A stretch of 64,000 bases of DNA from the human T2T-CHM13v2.0 reference genome, Homo sapiens, in assembly GCF_009914755.1 (NCBI RefSeq), contig NC_060928.1; one strand, written 5' to 3'. How positions within the stretch are numbered: the stretch's first letter is position 1; each line of letters starts with the position of its first letter. Made by a program: the position numbers and the translations under genes. Shown here piece by piece: positions 26,206 to 39,008 of this stretch. The notes beneath the pieces were generated by a model that was not told the DNA's origin, made no database searches, and worked only from the letters and a program-made list of their open reading frames with translations.

Positions 26206-29040
26206 ATTAGTGATATGGGCACAAGCACTTTTAGGTAGCTTTTTAAATTAGGAGTAATGATAGGAAATGTCACCATTGAGATGGGGTTTTCTTTTTTCAA
26301 CAGGAATGATGGCATACTGGAGTGGCAGAGATCAGGTAACTGTGTTAAATAGCAGAAGCAACATAGGTGAAATTATTATTACTTGGTGGCATGGATGAAA
26401 TGTTAAACATTGACACTAAGTGATCTGTAGTTGCTAGTTGTCCATAGCACCTTTAAATGTGAAATAGGTGGTAGTCTAATAAAACATTATCTTAAAATAA
26501 TACTTTATTTATTGAAGAATTGGACTGGTGCATAGATGCTTGATATGAATTGCTCTCATAGGAAGTCATGGCCACTAAACTATTTCCTACATTAAACCAA
26601 TAAACCAACCCACATCCACATAAGGAAGAACTTCCACATCTCCATGTGTAAATGCTGTAAATTTTCTGCAAGCCTTCTGCAAGGGGACCTGGAGACATAC
26701 ACCATGGTGACTACTCCAGTGACCAAGAATTATCAGGAATAAATAACTCCACATAGATTCTAAGCCCTGAGTATAGAGAATATTGTGTTTGTTTTATTAG
26801 TCGGAGTAAATGTTGGTAGAGTCTAAATGATAAATAAAGTTTTGACCCATGTAATAGAGATTCTCAGGATGGGACGATGAGACTGCAGTATTTGCGCAGA
26901 TCTAATTATGCACAGATCTAATGTTTTTGTGCCAGACACTTGCAGAATCCCTGCATTTGGCTCCTGGACAGCTATGATATATTATGGTAAAAAAAGGAAG
27001 AGTTAAGTAAAAGACCCTCAGAATTTTCCTTTAACTATTCCTAAAAAAAAAAAGTAAATTATAATCAATACTTCATTCATTCCCAGAGGAATTGAATAAA
27101 TTAGTGGTAATATATAAGATATGAGTAATACAAGCATTTCCATTTAACTGACATTTTTGGCTGGTGCAAATGCCACATGGATTTTGCTATTTCAAATTTA
27201 AGCAGGTAATGACTAAATCCAGCTACTGTTTTACATGTTGTTCTTTAACTAGATTAACTCAATCCCTAGTGAGTGCTGGCAATTATATATTTCTCCAAAA
27301 CAATGAACAGGGATGAAGAGATGCAATTTACTTTCATCAGGTAGGAACAAAGGTAAACCTACCCTTTCTCTCCCCAGGACTGTGTCAGCTCTCATAGTCT
27401 CTATAGTAAACTAGTTGTAATGGAATAAATCATCTAAATATTCTACTGAATATCATGCTGTTCCATTACTGATAACACCAAATGATGGGATCTGGTGAGC
27501 AGAAGTAGCTACTAATCAGATACCCTAGTAAAATACTTGCTTGCTAATTGTAAGAGATAAACCTACTGAGAATTCTAGGTCCTAACACAAAACTAAAGTT
27601 TCTAGAGGCCCAACAATTTTAAACAGGTTGGGAAATTCCCTCTATAGTGAGAGACACTGCACTAACACACACTAAAATAAAGAAGCAAAATTAATTTTGG
27701 GCCTTTTCAGGTTTTAGAGGCAAAATAAACCAAATTGGGTTACCTGTTCTGACCCATTACCAATTAACTCATGAAGCTGCAAATTTTTGAATAGAGCTCA
27801 GAGCAAAATTAGTCTCTGTAGCAGGTTCAGACTAAAGTGAAAGTTTCCTGCAAACTGGGCATCATTAACCAGTAGATAAAATGGTGCTCATAGTGCCATT
27901 CATAAATAAGTGATGTTTGATGGATTCCTCTGGTTAAGCCCACTACAATAATCAGAGTGCAGATTGTGAAGAAGATTTTGCAACAATGTAATGCCCTCCT
28001 CTAGTGACAAGTACAGGTATGTGTTGCTTAATGACAGAGATATGTTCTGATAAATATGTCACCTGGCAATTTCCTCATGCGAACCTTATAAAGTATACTT
28101 ACATTATCTAGATGGTATAGCCTACTACACACTTAGGCTATATGGTACAGCTTATTGCTTCTAGGCTACAAACCTGCACAGCATGTTACTGTAGTGAATC
28201 CTGTAGGCAATTGTAACACAGTAAGTACTTGTATATCTAAACATATCTAAACACATAAAAGGAGTACTAAAATTGCAGGATTATAATCTTATGGGTCCAC
28301 TATCTTATATGCGGTCTGTTGCTGAGCAAAACATTGTCATGAAGCACTTGACTATGTTCTCTTTTTGAAGAGCAATATCTGTCTTTCTACTGAGACTTTA
28401 CAGAGGGGTTATGACCGAACTTGTACCCCATGACTATGATAGGTGAACTGACATCTTGAATGAGTGAAATTTGATAAACTGAGCCATTACAATTGATTTA
28501 CAGCTTTCCTTTTCTGCTACAAATTTAGAACAGGAAAAAATATATTTGGAAAATGTAACATTCTGTGGGATGTCTCTTACTACTTTCCTCACCAAGTTTA
28601 ATGAAGGCATACAAAAGCCAAATAAATCCAGGATCACTGAGTACTCAGATTCTTCAAAATGAAAGTTTGGATCACCTCACCAGGTAAAGAAACCTGATTA
28701 GATGCTGGCTGTGTGCAAGGTGATAGAAGAAAACCCAATAAATGCTAACCACAGCCTCAGAGTCAGCACAGATATGAGAACTATAGCAGCTAGGTATACT
28801 TTTGTTACTTGTATGTTAACTAGCATTTTATTTTTGCTCTTTCTCTCCCTTGACGTAGTATGCTAAGCTATACAATTTAGATCTGATGGAGGAAAAGTGG
28901 AGTTTGAACGACATATTGGTTTGGATATGATAAATGACTAAGTAGAGTTTGGATTTACTCTTCTTGGAGAAAAGATGACATCATTTGTAAATGATAGGTA
29001 TTTGCCTAAAGTTAAGCATAAAAGGCTAAACAAAGATTTG
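26206..29040 (+). mobile_element. ERVL-class internal relic (gag end, pro, RT/RNaseH, 3' internal end), interrupted by Tigger3a
   Basis: Degenerate matches to ERVL: TGGAGTGGCAGAGATCAGGTAAC (gag), CAATTTACTTTCATC and CTGTTCCATTACTGATAACA (RT), TTTTGAAGAGCAATATCTG (RNaseH), AATGAAAGTTTGGATCACCTCACCAGGTAAAGAA (3' end). Confidence 0.75.
28014..28354 (-). mobile_element. Tigger3a/MER7A non-autonomous DNA transposon
   Basis: CAGGTATGTGTTGCTTAATGACAG…CTAGATGGTATAGCCTACTACACAC…ATTATAATCTTATGGGTCCAC…CACTTGACT. Confidence 0.88.
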
Positions 29041-29422
29041 TATAACATAGTCACAATTCCTGAACCTCACCTCATTTTTGAGTGTCACTCCTTAGTGTGT
29101 GAGGTTATTTGACTATGGGAGTAGTATCTGTTTGTTATCTGTTGATTATTAACAGTAAGTTTCTTGGTGACACAAACTCTGTCTTGTTCACTATTAGAGG
29201 TATCTCAGTGCAATTCTACATGATTTTAGATTTTAAATCTCATTTCTCTTGTTGGTAGGCTGTTGACGTAAAGATCCTCTTCATATATTATAGTCCATTT
29301 ATTGTAAATATTTTTAGTTTTATCTTTCTAAATTATACATATTCTGGATTTCTCATAAACATAATGAATATATAGGTTTGTCAAAACCTGTAACATATAA
29401 TAAAACCTAGCTACCAACATTT

Positions 29423-29458
29423 TGCTGGGATTACAGGCGTGAACCACCGCGCCTGGCC
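29423..29458 (-). mobile_element. 36-nt Alu 5' head only (right inversion breakpoint)
   Basis: Reverse complement GGCCAGGCGCGGTGGTTCACGCCTGTAATCCCAGCA, then abrupt switch to non-Alu sequence. Confidence 0.93.
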
Positions 29459-32256
29459 TTGAAGAATATTTTTACTGAATATACTATACTAGGGTAGAGT
29501 ATTTTTTTTCCCTCAGCACTTTATGTATGTCATGTCACTCTCTCTTGACCTGTAGGGTTTTCATTGAAAAGTCTGCTGTCAGATTTATTAGCGCTCCATT
29601 GTATGTTATTTGTTTCTTTTCTCTTGCTGCTTTTATCCTTTCTTCATCCTTGACTTTTGGGTGTTTGATTATCAAATGCCTTGAGGTAATCTTATTTGGG
29701 TTAATTCTGCTTTGTGTTCTATAATCTTCTTGTATTTGAATGTTGATATCTTACTCTAGGTTTGGGAAGTTCTCTGTTATTATCCCTTTGAATAAACTTT
29801 CCACCCCTATTTTTTTTTCTCGACCTCCCCTTTAAGGCAAGTAACTATTGGATTTGTTCTTTTGAAGCTATTTTTTAGATCTTGTAGTCATGCTTCATAG
29901 TTTTTCGCTGCTTTTTTTTTATAATTTTATCTCCTCTGACTGTGTATTTTCAGGTAGCCTGTCTTCAAGCTCACTAATTCTTCCTTCTGTTTGATCAATT
30001 CTGCTATTAAGGGACTCTGATGCATTCTTCAGTATGTCAGTTAGTTACGTTTTTAGCTCCAGAATTTCTGCTTGAGTCTTTTTAATTATTTCTATCTCTT
30101 TGTTAAATTTATCTGATAGAATTCTGAATTTCCTCTCTGTGTTTTCTTGAATTTGAGTTTCCTCAAAACAGCTATTTTGAATTAGCTGTCTGAAAGGTCA
30201 TATATCTGTTTCTCCAGAATTGTTCCCTGGTGCCAGTTTATTTAGTGAGGTCATGTTTTTCTTGATGATCTTGATGCTTGTAGATGTTCATCAGTGTCTA
30301 GGTCTTGAAGAGTAAGGTATTTATCATAGTCTTCACAGTCTGGACATGTTTTTTTTTTTTTTTTTTTCCCTTCTTGATAAGGCTTTCCAGGTAATCAAAG
30401 GGACTTGGGCCCGCACGCTCCAAAATGCTATGGTTTTTGCAGACTTGCAGAGATACCACCTTGGTGGTTTTGAACAATATCCAGAAGAATTCTCTCAATT
30501 ACCAGGCAGAGACTCATGTTCTTTTCCCTTACTTTCTCCCAAACAAATGGAATCTCTCTGTCTGTGCTGAGCCACTTGGAACTAGGGGTGCGGTGATGCC
30601 AGCACCCCTGTGGCCACCACCACTGGAACTGCACTGGGTTTTGCCCAAGGCCCATTATAGTCACTACCTGGTTACCACCTACGTTCACTCAAGGCCCTAC
30701 GGCTCTACAACCAGCAAGTGGTGAAGTCAACCAGCTTTGTGTTCTTCCCTTAAGGACAGCAAGTTTCCTCACTCCCTGGGAGGGTCTAGGGGTACTATTT
30801 GGGAACCAGGAATTGGAGTCAAAAACCTTAGAATTTATCTGGTGTTCTAAGTGGCTAACCTGGTACTTGGCCCACAATACAAAGTCCTTCCCATTCTTCC
30901 CTCCCCTTTCCACAGGAAGAGGCACCTCTCCCTATGACCACCACCACCAGCAGCCAATGGAGGACTGTGCCAGGACACTTCCAATGTTCACTTAAAGCCT
31001 AAGGGCCCTTTCACCAGCTTGTAGTATATGCTGCTAGACCTGGGACTCACTCTTCAGGGTAGTAGACTCTCCTCTGGCCCAGGAAAGATCTAGAAATGCG
31101 GGACTCAGGGACCCCCTAGAGCCTTCTTGTTGCTTTTCTCCACTGTGGCCAAGCTGATATCTAAGGTGCAAGACAAGGTCCCCTTTACTTTTCTCTCTGT
31201 TTTTCTCAAACACAAGAAGTCTCTCCCTGTAGCCACCATTGCTGGGAATGTGCTGGATCACATGTGAAGCCAGCATATCTCAGAGCCCAAGGCCCATAGC
31301 ATACTACCTAGGTACTACTTCTGTTTATTTAGAGCCCAAGGATTCTTTAGTCGGCAGGTGATGAATACTGCCAGGACTGGGTCCTTCCCTTCAAGGCAGC
31401 AGGATCTCTTGTGGCCCAGGGTTGATCTAGAACTATCTGTGAGTTAGGGCCTAGAATGGTGGCCTCATGACTCTGCCTGGTGCTCTATCCTACTGTGGTT
31501 GAGCTGTTATTCAACATGCAAGACGAAGTCATTTTTACTCTTTGTTCTTCTTCCCTTAAGCAGAAGGAAGGAGTCACTTTTATTTCTGTGAGATGCACTG
31601 CCTGGGTTTGGGGGACAGGAGGTGCAAGCACTCCATTAACCACCATGGCTGGTATCTGCCTAGATCATGTTCCACCCTAGTCCACTGGCTCTTAGCCTAG
31701 CCCAGCACTAATTGCTTTCCAGGAATTTCAGTCCTTGCGTCCTGGACTGCCTTTCAAGTTTACTGAGGACCCCAGAGTACTTTGGCCTGTGGTGGCATGT
31801 CTTGTTGAGAAACTCAAGTTCTAACTGCTAGGATGGGCGATTTCCCTCTGACTAGGTCTGGTCTAATGCTCCCTCCATGTGTGTACTGGCTGAGTCCAGC
31901 GTGGCTGTGCTCTGCACTGCAACAAGGCAGCACTGAGTTCAACGTAAAGTCCCCCAGTCTCTGTGCTCTGCCTCTCTAAGTGCACAGATTCTCTCTCCAC
32001 GTAGCACAGACACTGACAGGGGAAAAAGAAGACATGGCATCAGCAATTCAAGACTATCTCTCCTCCACTCTTCAATAACTCCTTTAGTGATATGAAGTTA
32101 AAACTGAATACTGTGATTGCTTACCTAATTTTTGGTTCTTGTGATGATGCTTTTCAGTGTGTATATAGCTGTTAGCATTTGGTGTTTCTGTGGGCATTGG
32201 GGGTGGAGGGAACAAACTGTGTAGGCTTCTTTTTTGTCATTTTGCTCCTTCCCCTT
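29459..32256 (-). mobile_element. 5' part (5'UTR plus most of ORF1) of the same L1MA2-type element
   Basis: Minus strand starts GGGGAAGGAGCAAAATGAC (L1 5' terminus-like), runs through a GC-richer 5'UTR and A-rich ORF1, and stops at CTAGTATAGTATATTCAGTAAAAATATTCTTCAA, exactly where the + strand piece at 21807 resumes. Confidence 0.9.
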
Positions 32257-32730
32257 CTAATATGTATTTTTTGCAATGTTTTGTAGGAAGGAGTATCCTC
32301 TGGCCCTTTCTGTGAACACCTATGGGTGAAAGGCAAATTAGTTTTACATAATAAATTGAATACACTAATTGCATCTCCATATTTTTTTCTCTATATTAGA
32401 CTGAGTTCTGGCCTCTTACATCATTTAATGTAAATTGCACTCTTAAATCCTGACTTCATTTATTGAACCAGGCAAAGTGTTAAAGTTACTTCCATCTGCC
32501 TGAGCTAGTACATTACATTGCTAAATATAATTAACTGCCTTTGTATAGATAATTTTACTCAAATTCAGCCTCATCCTCCAGCCTATCTCTCCTAAAGTAT
32601 ATTCCCTCACAAACTCACACCGTTTTTGCTATTAAGACTTAGCAATTTCTTCCTGGACAAGACTGTATATAATTCTCCTCTAGGAATCAGACTTATTTTA
32701 CAGGCTCGGAGGTCATAAAGATGAGTGATT
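32257..32730 (-). mobile_element. ERVL-class gag relic, upstream partner of the 26206 piece
   Basis: Minus strand reads …TAATGTACTAGCTCAGGCAGATGGAAGTAACTTTAACACTTTGCCTGGTT…GGGCCAGAGGATACTCCTTCC…AAATACATATTAG, similar to ERVL gag. Confidence 0.7.
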
Positions 32731-33491
32731 TGTGTTTCAAAGATCTTCTACTCATCTTATTTACATTAATGTCTGCAAATCAAGCCTATGTTACCCCCAC
32801 TTACTCCATAGTGCCAAAATCTTAGCTTAATAAATTTGGCAGTTTTATGTATTATATTTGAATTTTAATTCAGCAATTACCACAATCAAATTGGAGCATG
32901 AGTCTCAAGTATGTATGCCTTGAATATATAGAAAGTAAGAAGTTGTTTTAAAATCTGCATAAAGTGTTCTGTATTTCCATTACTCTTTTAAGCAGAGAAT
33001 TTAAAGCCCTAGGCTTATTTAATTTCTTAAAATTCTGTAATGTAAGCCCATTCTACAGCCTTTGTAGTCACAATTTCTGCTGCATCAGTTTTATGCAGCA
33101 GTTATTAGTTGTATGTAGCAGTTTTACTTGATTTTCCTAAACCTTTTCTTCATCTACGATGTCACCTGTGCAACAATATGTAATAATCATACTCACATAC
33201 AGATTTTTTCTGTCATATTATCCACAAGGAAGTCATTACTTGCTAATGCTCAGAGTGGAGTAACCTAGTCCCAGAATTCTGTGTTATGGTTTGTTTTCTG
33301 GGACTACTCATGGTAAAAAGAAGTGCATTAGTAACGTCAATTCTGCAGAACAAAAGCCACTGTAAGTATTTAATACAGGTTGAACAGATAACGTAAGGTG
33401 CAGTCTTACTACACTCAGGACGTGGGTCATTTAGTGGAAAGTAAAACAACAGCAAGTCTTTCTGATGGGAGTTAAAGAACACAGAGGAAGA

Positions 33492-33844
33492 TAGGGGTCC
33501 TCAAGCCCCAGCTGTGGACCTGTACCAGTCCATGGCCTGTTAGGAGCCAACCCACGGAGTAGCAGGTGAGCAGCCGGCAAGCGAGCATTACCGCCTGATC
33601 TCCGCCTCCTGTCAGATCAGTGGAGGCAACAGAATCTCATAGGAGCTTGAAACCTATTGTGAACTGCACATGCGAGGGACGTAGGTTGTGCACTCCTTGT
33701 GAGAATCTAGCTAATACCTGATTATCTGGGGTGAAATGGTCCCATCCCAAAGCCATGCACCCCCTTCCACCCTCAACCCTAACCCATGGAAAAATTGTCT
33801 TCCATGAAGCCAGTCCCTGGTGCCACAAAGGTTGAGGACCTCTC
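33492..33844 (+). mobile_element. MER1B (hAT-Charlie) DNA transposon
   Basis: AGGGGTCCTCAAGCCCC…CCATGGCCTGTTAGGA…TCCGCCTCCTGTCAGATCAG…CCCTGGTGCCACAAAGGTTGAGGACC. Confidence 0.92.
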
Positions 33845-34489
33845 CTCTAATAGTCAACCACTATTCGATTCCAGATAGGAGCCAGCTTACACAGGGGCTC
33901 GTGTAATTGATAATCCTGAGTCAGAGTAAGTTAGGAGAATGAAAATTGAATAGAGCCAAATGGTACATAATTAAAATGTATATTTTAAAGAGAACCATCA
34001 GAAAATATTCTATCCCTATTATGGACAAAAAGCAGTAAAATAATATGGAGGGTTTTTTTTAGTAAATCAGAGTCTATGTGAATAGCTAAATAAAATATTA
34101 ATTTTATAAATATTTAGATTGCACACTTTTATTACATGCTACAAAATACATGTAAAGTAAGACTTTATTTAAATTTCATTTTTAACCTTGGAGTTATCCT
34201 ACTTAAGATAAGAAACTTGTGCATTCGCTAACTTCCTACAAGTTCTATTATTTTAACTATAATCGATGTCTGACCTTAAACATTGTTTTTCTCTTAAAAG
34301 AAATGTCATATTTCTACTATAAGCAAAATGAAGTAACAGGGAATAAATTCATCTTTCTTCATTCAACAAACAAATGGACAATGATTATGAATAAACTCCA
34401 CAAAAAGGGAGGATCTGCAATGATCCCTGAAAGATGGTACATAATGTATGCAATTTCCATGATTGTATCAACATCCTGCTGAAGTTACC

Positions 34490-36198
34490 AATTCTCTCAC
34501 ATCATTCTTATTCATTACAAGTTCTAGCCAAAGTAAAAAGCCAAGAAAAATAAATAAAATCATGTAGATTGTAAAGAAGGGCCTAAAGCTATCCTTATTT
34601 TCAAATGACATGATTGATTTTGTAAGACTCCAAAGAACCTACAAAACAACTCTTAGAAAAATAAGTCAGTTTAGCAATGTTTTAATACAAAATATCAATT
34701 AAAAATGTCAATTATATTTTATATTTTAGCAATGAAACAATGAAATATGAAATTAATAATTAATTTATATTACTATGCACACATACACATACATATGCAC
34801 ACTGCCCACAAACATAGTACTTATGTTTAAATCAAAAACATATATGTAAGATCTCTATGCTGAAAAACAGAAATCACTGATGAACAAACCAAAAAAATAA
34901 ATTACATATTTACATATTTATATAATTTATATATATGATGCTCTTGAATTGCAAAACAATATTGTTTAGGTGTCAGTCTCCCCCAAATAGATTTAAAACA
35001 TTAATATTCAAATCTCAGCAAGTGTATTTGTAGATGTCAACAAGCTAATTCTAAAGACTAGGCAGAAAGGCAAAGGGACTCCAATAGTCAAATCCATTCA
35101 GAAAAAGAATGAAGCTTGTTGAACCCACACAACCCAATATCAAGACTTACTAGGCAACTACTTTAATGAACAAAATAATAGTGTTAATCAAGGCTAGACA
35201 CAGATTAATGAATCACAATAGATACTCTATAAATAGACCAATGTAAATATAACCAACTAATTCTTGACAAAAGTGTAAAGGCAATTCGAGGGATCAGTGG
35301 TAATCTTTTCAGCAAATGGTTCTCAGAGAACTGAATTTCCGTATGCAAACAATAAATACCTTAGTATACCCCACATGTTACACAAAAATCAAGGATTATA
35401 AACCCAATGTAAAAGGCAATACCATAGGAGTTCTAGAAGAAAATATTGAGTATGAAGATGAGATTTCACATATAACCATAAGCACAATCAACCAAATAAT
35501 AATGTACTAATTGGATTTTGATAAAATAAAAATACTTAGCTCTTTGAAACACACTGTTAAAATCATGGAAAGTTATATCACAGACAGAGAAATTATGTAT
35601 GAGTTGCATACATATATGCTAAAGGAAGTTTATCTGGAATACATACAGATTAAAAAAAAGTTATAATTCAATAATAAAGAAACAGCAAGACCAATAAATA
35701 TTGGGTTAAAGGGAATCTGAAAAGATACTTTACCAAAAAAGGATATGTGAAAAGGGAGTAATTGAATAAAATTTTGTTCAACATTAGTAGTTATTAGTTA
35801 AAAAATAAAAGAAATAGTGCCATGGAACACACTGTGTATCTATCAAAATGTGAAATAGGAACAATAATTCCTTGCTAAAGGGAATGCAAAATGTCATTGC
35901 CACTTTGGAAGACAGTTTGCAGCTTATAATATTAACTAGAACCATAAGACCCAGAAATACGATTCCTAGGTATTCATTCAACTGAATTAAATACTTATTT
36001 TCACAGTAAACTGTACAAGAATGTTTACAGTACATTTATTCATAATTACTCAAACTTTAAATAACCAAGTTTGCCCTGAACTGATGAACAGGCAAACAAA
36101 CTGTGGTGTATCCACATAGTAGAATATCACTCACCAATAAAAAGGAAGGAGCTACTGATTTTGGCAACAAAATGGATGAATATCAAATGAATTTTGCA
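34490..36198 (+). mobile_element. L1MC/MD-type 3' half of ORF2 and start of 3'UTR
   Basis: TTATTTTCAAATGACATGATTG (decayed FADD motif); CCACTTTGGAAGACAGTTTGCAG; ATAAAAAGGAAGGAGCTACTGAT…ATGGATGAATATCAAA. Confidence 0.8.
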
Positions 36199-36624
36199 GG
36201 ATCTGAGGCTTGCTCCTAACCAACAGGAATATGGCTAAGGTTATGGTAGGTTAAGATTTCTGAGCTGATGTTACATAATTACGGCTTTCATTCTATTAGA
36301 TCATTCCCTCCCAAGCAAGTTGCCAGACTGGGGAGGATTATGTGGAACTGAACTGAGGATGACCTCCCACCATCAAAAAGTCCAACAATCCAAAAGACTA
36401 AGTCAAAATCCATGTATGTGGTGTGGAAGCAGGTCCTTCCCCCAGTCAGACTCTCAGACAAAGTGTTGGTCCTGGCCAACCCCTTGATTAAGCCCCATGA
36501 GAGAGACCCTGAAGCAGCAGAGTCGCCAATCAATGCCCAAATTCCTGAACCATACGTATATACATGTTGCTAAGCTACTAAAATTGTAGTAATTTGTTAC
36601 GCTGTTAGAGATAAGTAGTATAGA
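36199..36624 (+). mobile_element. MLT1E-like MaLR LTR (partial)
   Basis: TTGCTCCTAACCAACAGGAATATGGCTAAGGT…GGAAGCAGGTCCTTCCCCAGTCA…AAGCTACTAAAATTGTAGTAATTTGTTAC. Confidence 0.75.
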
Positions 36625-38375
36625 TTGTAATTATATAAGTGTTTCCTTTCAGGCATCTAAGATGATGTTTTAAATGACACTTAAACATGATCAGGATGCC
36701 AACAGCATTTGACAGCTTCATTGTCCCCTTAACATTTCCGGTCACTAATTTTCTCAGTTCAATGATGTATGTTGCTAAGCTAAGACACCTTCACCAAATG
36801 TTCAAATAAAGGGGAGAAACTATGATTTTACAACTTTGTATTTAGTGCAGGGTATTATTTTGCAACTTATTAATAAGATTATCATGAACAAGTTACCATT
36901 CAGAACCACCAAGTCCACTTCAGAATTGCTAAGAGAGATTTCACTCCACAGCTTCAAGTAGAACTCATCAGAATAGTTACTACTTCTAGCATTCTGGTAT
37001 CTAAGAATAAATAAATGAAATGTGGATCATGTGCAACATAACATCTTTAACCATCATGAAATATAAATTGTATGCTCAGAATAAACAATGTGGTTTAAGA
37101 AATGATTAAAATAAAGCAATTGTGCCTCCCAAGAAACCAACAATGACAGCAGACGTGGCCACACAGGACTACATTCCTTAAGTTCACTATAGTTTCTAGG
37201 ATTCCAAAAGTATTTAATGCACGAGCAAGAGAAACTGGCTGCTTTGTGATTTATTTTTCTTCTCTGATTCATGTGCACATTTGCATCAGTGACTCTGTTG
37301 CATCAGTCTAGACAATCTAAAAATATTTTAAGGCTTGGGCATTTTTGACATAATTTTGAAATGTATTTTATAATTTTTAATTACAAAGGCAAGTCACTGA
37401 TTTTGAAAACCACATAGTACAAAAAAAGTAAATTGTAAAATGGACTCTCTATTCTCACTAGAATATTCCGAATCTATATGTCTGTCTGTCTATCTATCTA
37501 CATACATATAATACAAATTCCTCCACACACACAGCCATGTTTCCTAGCGTCTTGGAAAAAGACTCTGTATTATCATATATAGGTCTTCTTCATAATTATG
37601 TATATAATTTTAAAATAATTTACTGTATTTTTATAAAAACAGTTATCGCTCCTAAATTTTTCCCATTTTCTAGCCATTCTTTTTCAATATTTTAGATTCT
37701 TGAACAAACTCCTGGGGCTTATTTATAAAACATTTTGTTAAATGTTTTATTATAACATTGATATATAATGTTTACAATACAGTGGCAGCAGATGTTTGGC
37801 TTATAGGACTGAAAGGAGTAAGATGAGAAGATTAAAGTCTTCTAAAAGACTTTTTGTCTCTTGCCAACTATCAGGAAATTGTCCAACAACAGTATGGACA
37901 AATGACTTGCTCACATAGGTCATTCAGCTTCTGTCATTTAGGTCATTCCAATCTTTGTGCAATGGCCCTTTGAAAATGGCAGCTATTGAAGCAGAGACAG
38001 AGTAGGGCATGAACCCGACTCTGTGCTACATCTTCTTCTAAACCTATTTAAGATCTATTTTAAAAATCTTTGGTGAATTCCCACTCAATGAGCAGCCAAG
38101 ACTAATGCTGTGTCTTTGATGTGATACAATTCATCTACTTGGTAACAAGTTAATTGTTTTTACGTTCCTTATATCCTAGAGAAAACACAATCCATCCCTA
38201 CTATTAATATATTTAATGTTTATTCAAGGTATGACTTTGACTTTCCTGACTCTAGTGTCTCAGCAAACAACAGTATCTAAAAGTATATGAAGTATCTGGT
38301 ATATGGTTATGGCATCATACCTAGCATTGCCTTAGACCAAGAGGCCCATTTAATAGTTAAAAAAAAAATGCTAGA

Positions 38376-38672
38376 GGCGAGGGGACTTGGGTCATACCTG
38401 TAATCTCAGCTTTTTGGGAGGCTCAGGTAGGGGGATTGCTTGAGGTTAGGAGTACAAGACCAGCCTGGGCCTCATAGAGAGATCTTATCTGTACCAAAAA
38501 TAATTTTAAAATATAGCTCGACATGATCGCCAGCACCTGTAGGCCTAGTTACTGAGGAGGCTGAGGAGGGATGATTGCTTGATTCCAGGAGTTGAAGGTT
38601 ACTACAGTGATCTAAGATCATGCCAGTGTACTCTAGCCTTGGTGAAATAAACAAAACAAAACAAAACAAAAA
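38376..38672 (+). mobile_element. Highly diverged AluJ
   Basis: Dimeric Alu with J-type GATTGCTTGAGGTTAGGAG and (CAAAA)n tail. Confidence 0.85.
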
Positions 38673-38954
38673 CCCGGTCACAGTGACTTATATCTGTAAT
38701 CCAGCACTTTGGAAGGCCAAGGCAGGTAGATAACTTGAGCCTAGGAGTTTGAGACCAGTTCCAGCAACATGGCAAAACTGATCTCTACAAAAAAAAAATT
38801 ACCCAGGGGTGGTTGCAGCACCTGTCATCCCAGCTACTCAGGAGGCTGAGATGGAGGATCACCTTAACCCAGGGGGTGGAGGCTGCAGTGAGCCTATGAT
38901 TGCACCACTGCCCTCCAGCCTGGGTGACAGAGCAAGGCCCTGTCTCAAAAAATG

Positions 38955-38986
<32 letters not shown>

Positions 38987-39008
38987 GAAAAAGAAAAAAG
39001 AAAAAAGA
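38673..39008 (+). mobile_element. AluJb-like element in tandem, with long A/GAAAA tail
   Basis: Complete Alu directly after the first; outer TSD remnant TGCTAGA at 38369-38375 and 39011-39017 brackets both. Confidence 0.88.

Noticed and set aside
30298-31680. Cluster of short ORFs on both strands
   Set aside because: They lie in the L1 5'UTR/ORF1 start and are a by-product of higher GC content.
21807-32256. Twin-priming 5' inversion as the explanation for the opposite-strand L1 halves
   Set aside because: Twin priming leaves the halves adjacent within one TSD. Here they are tail-to-tail, separated by flanking ERV DNA, and the break runs through a much younger AluY.
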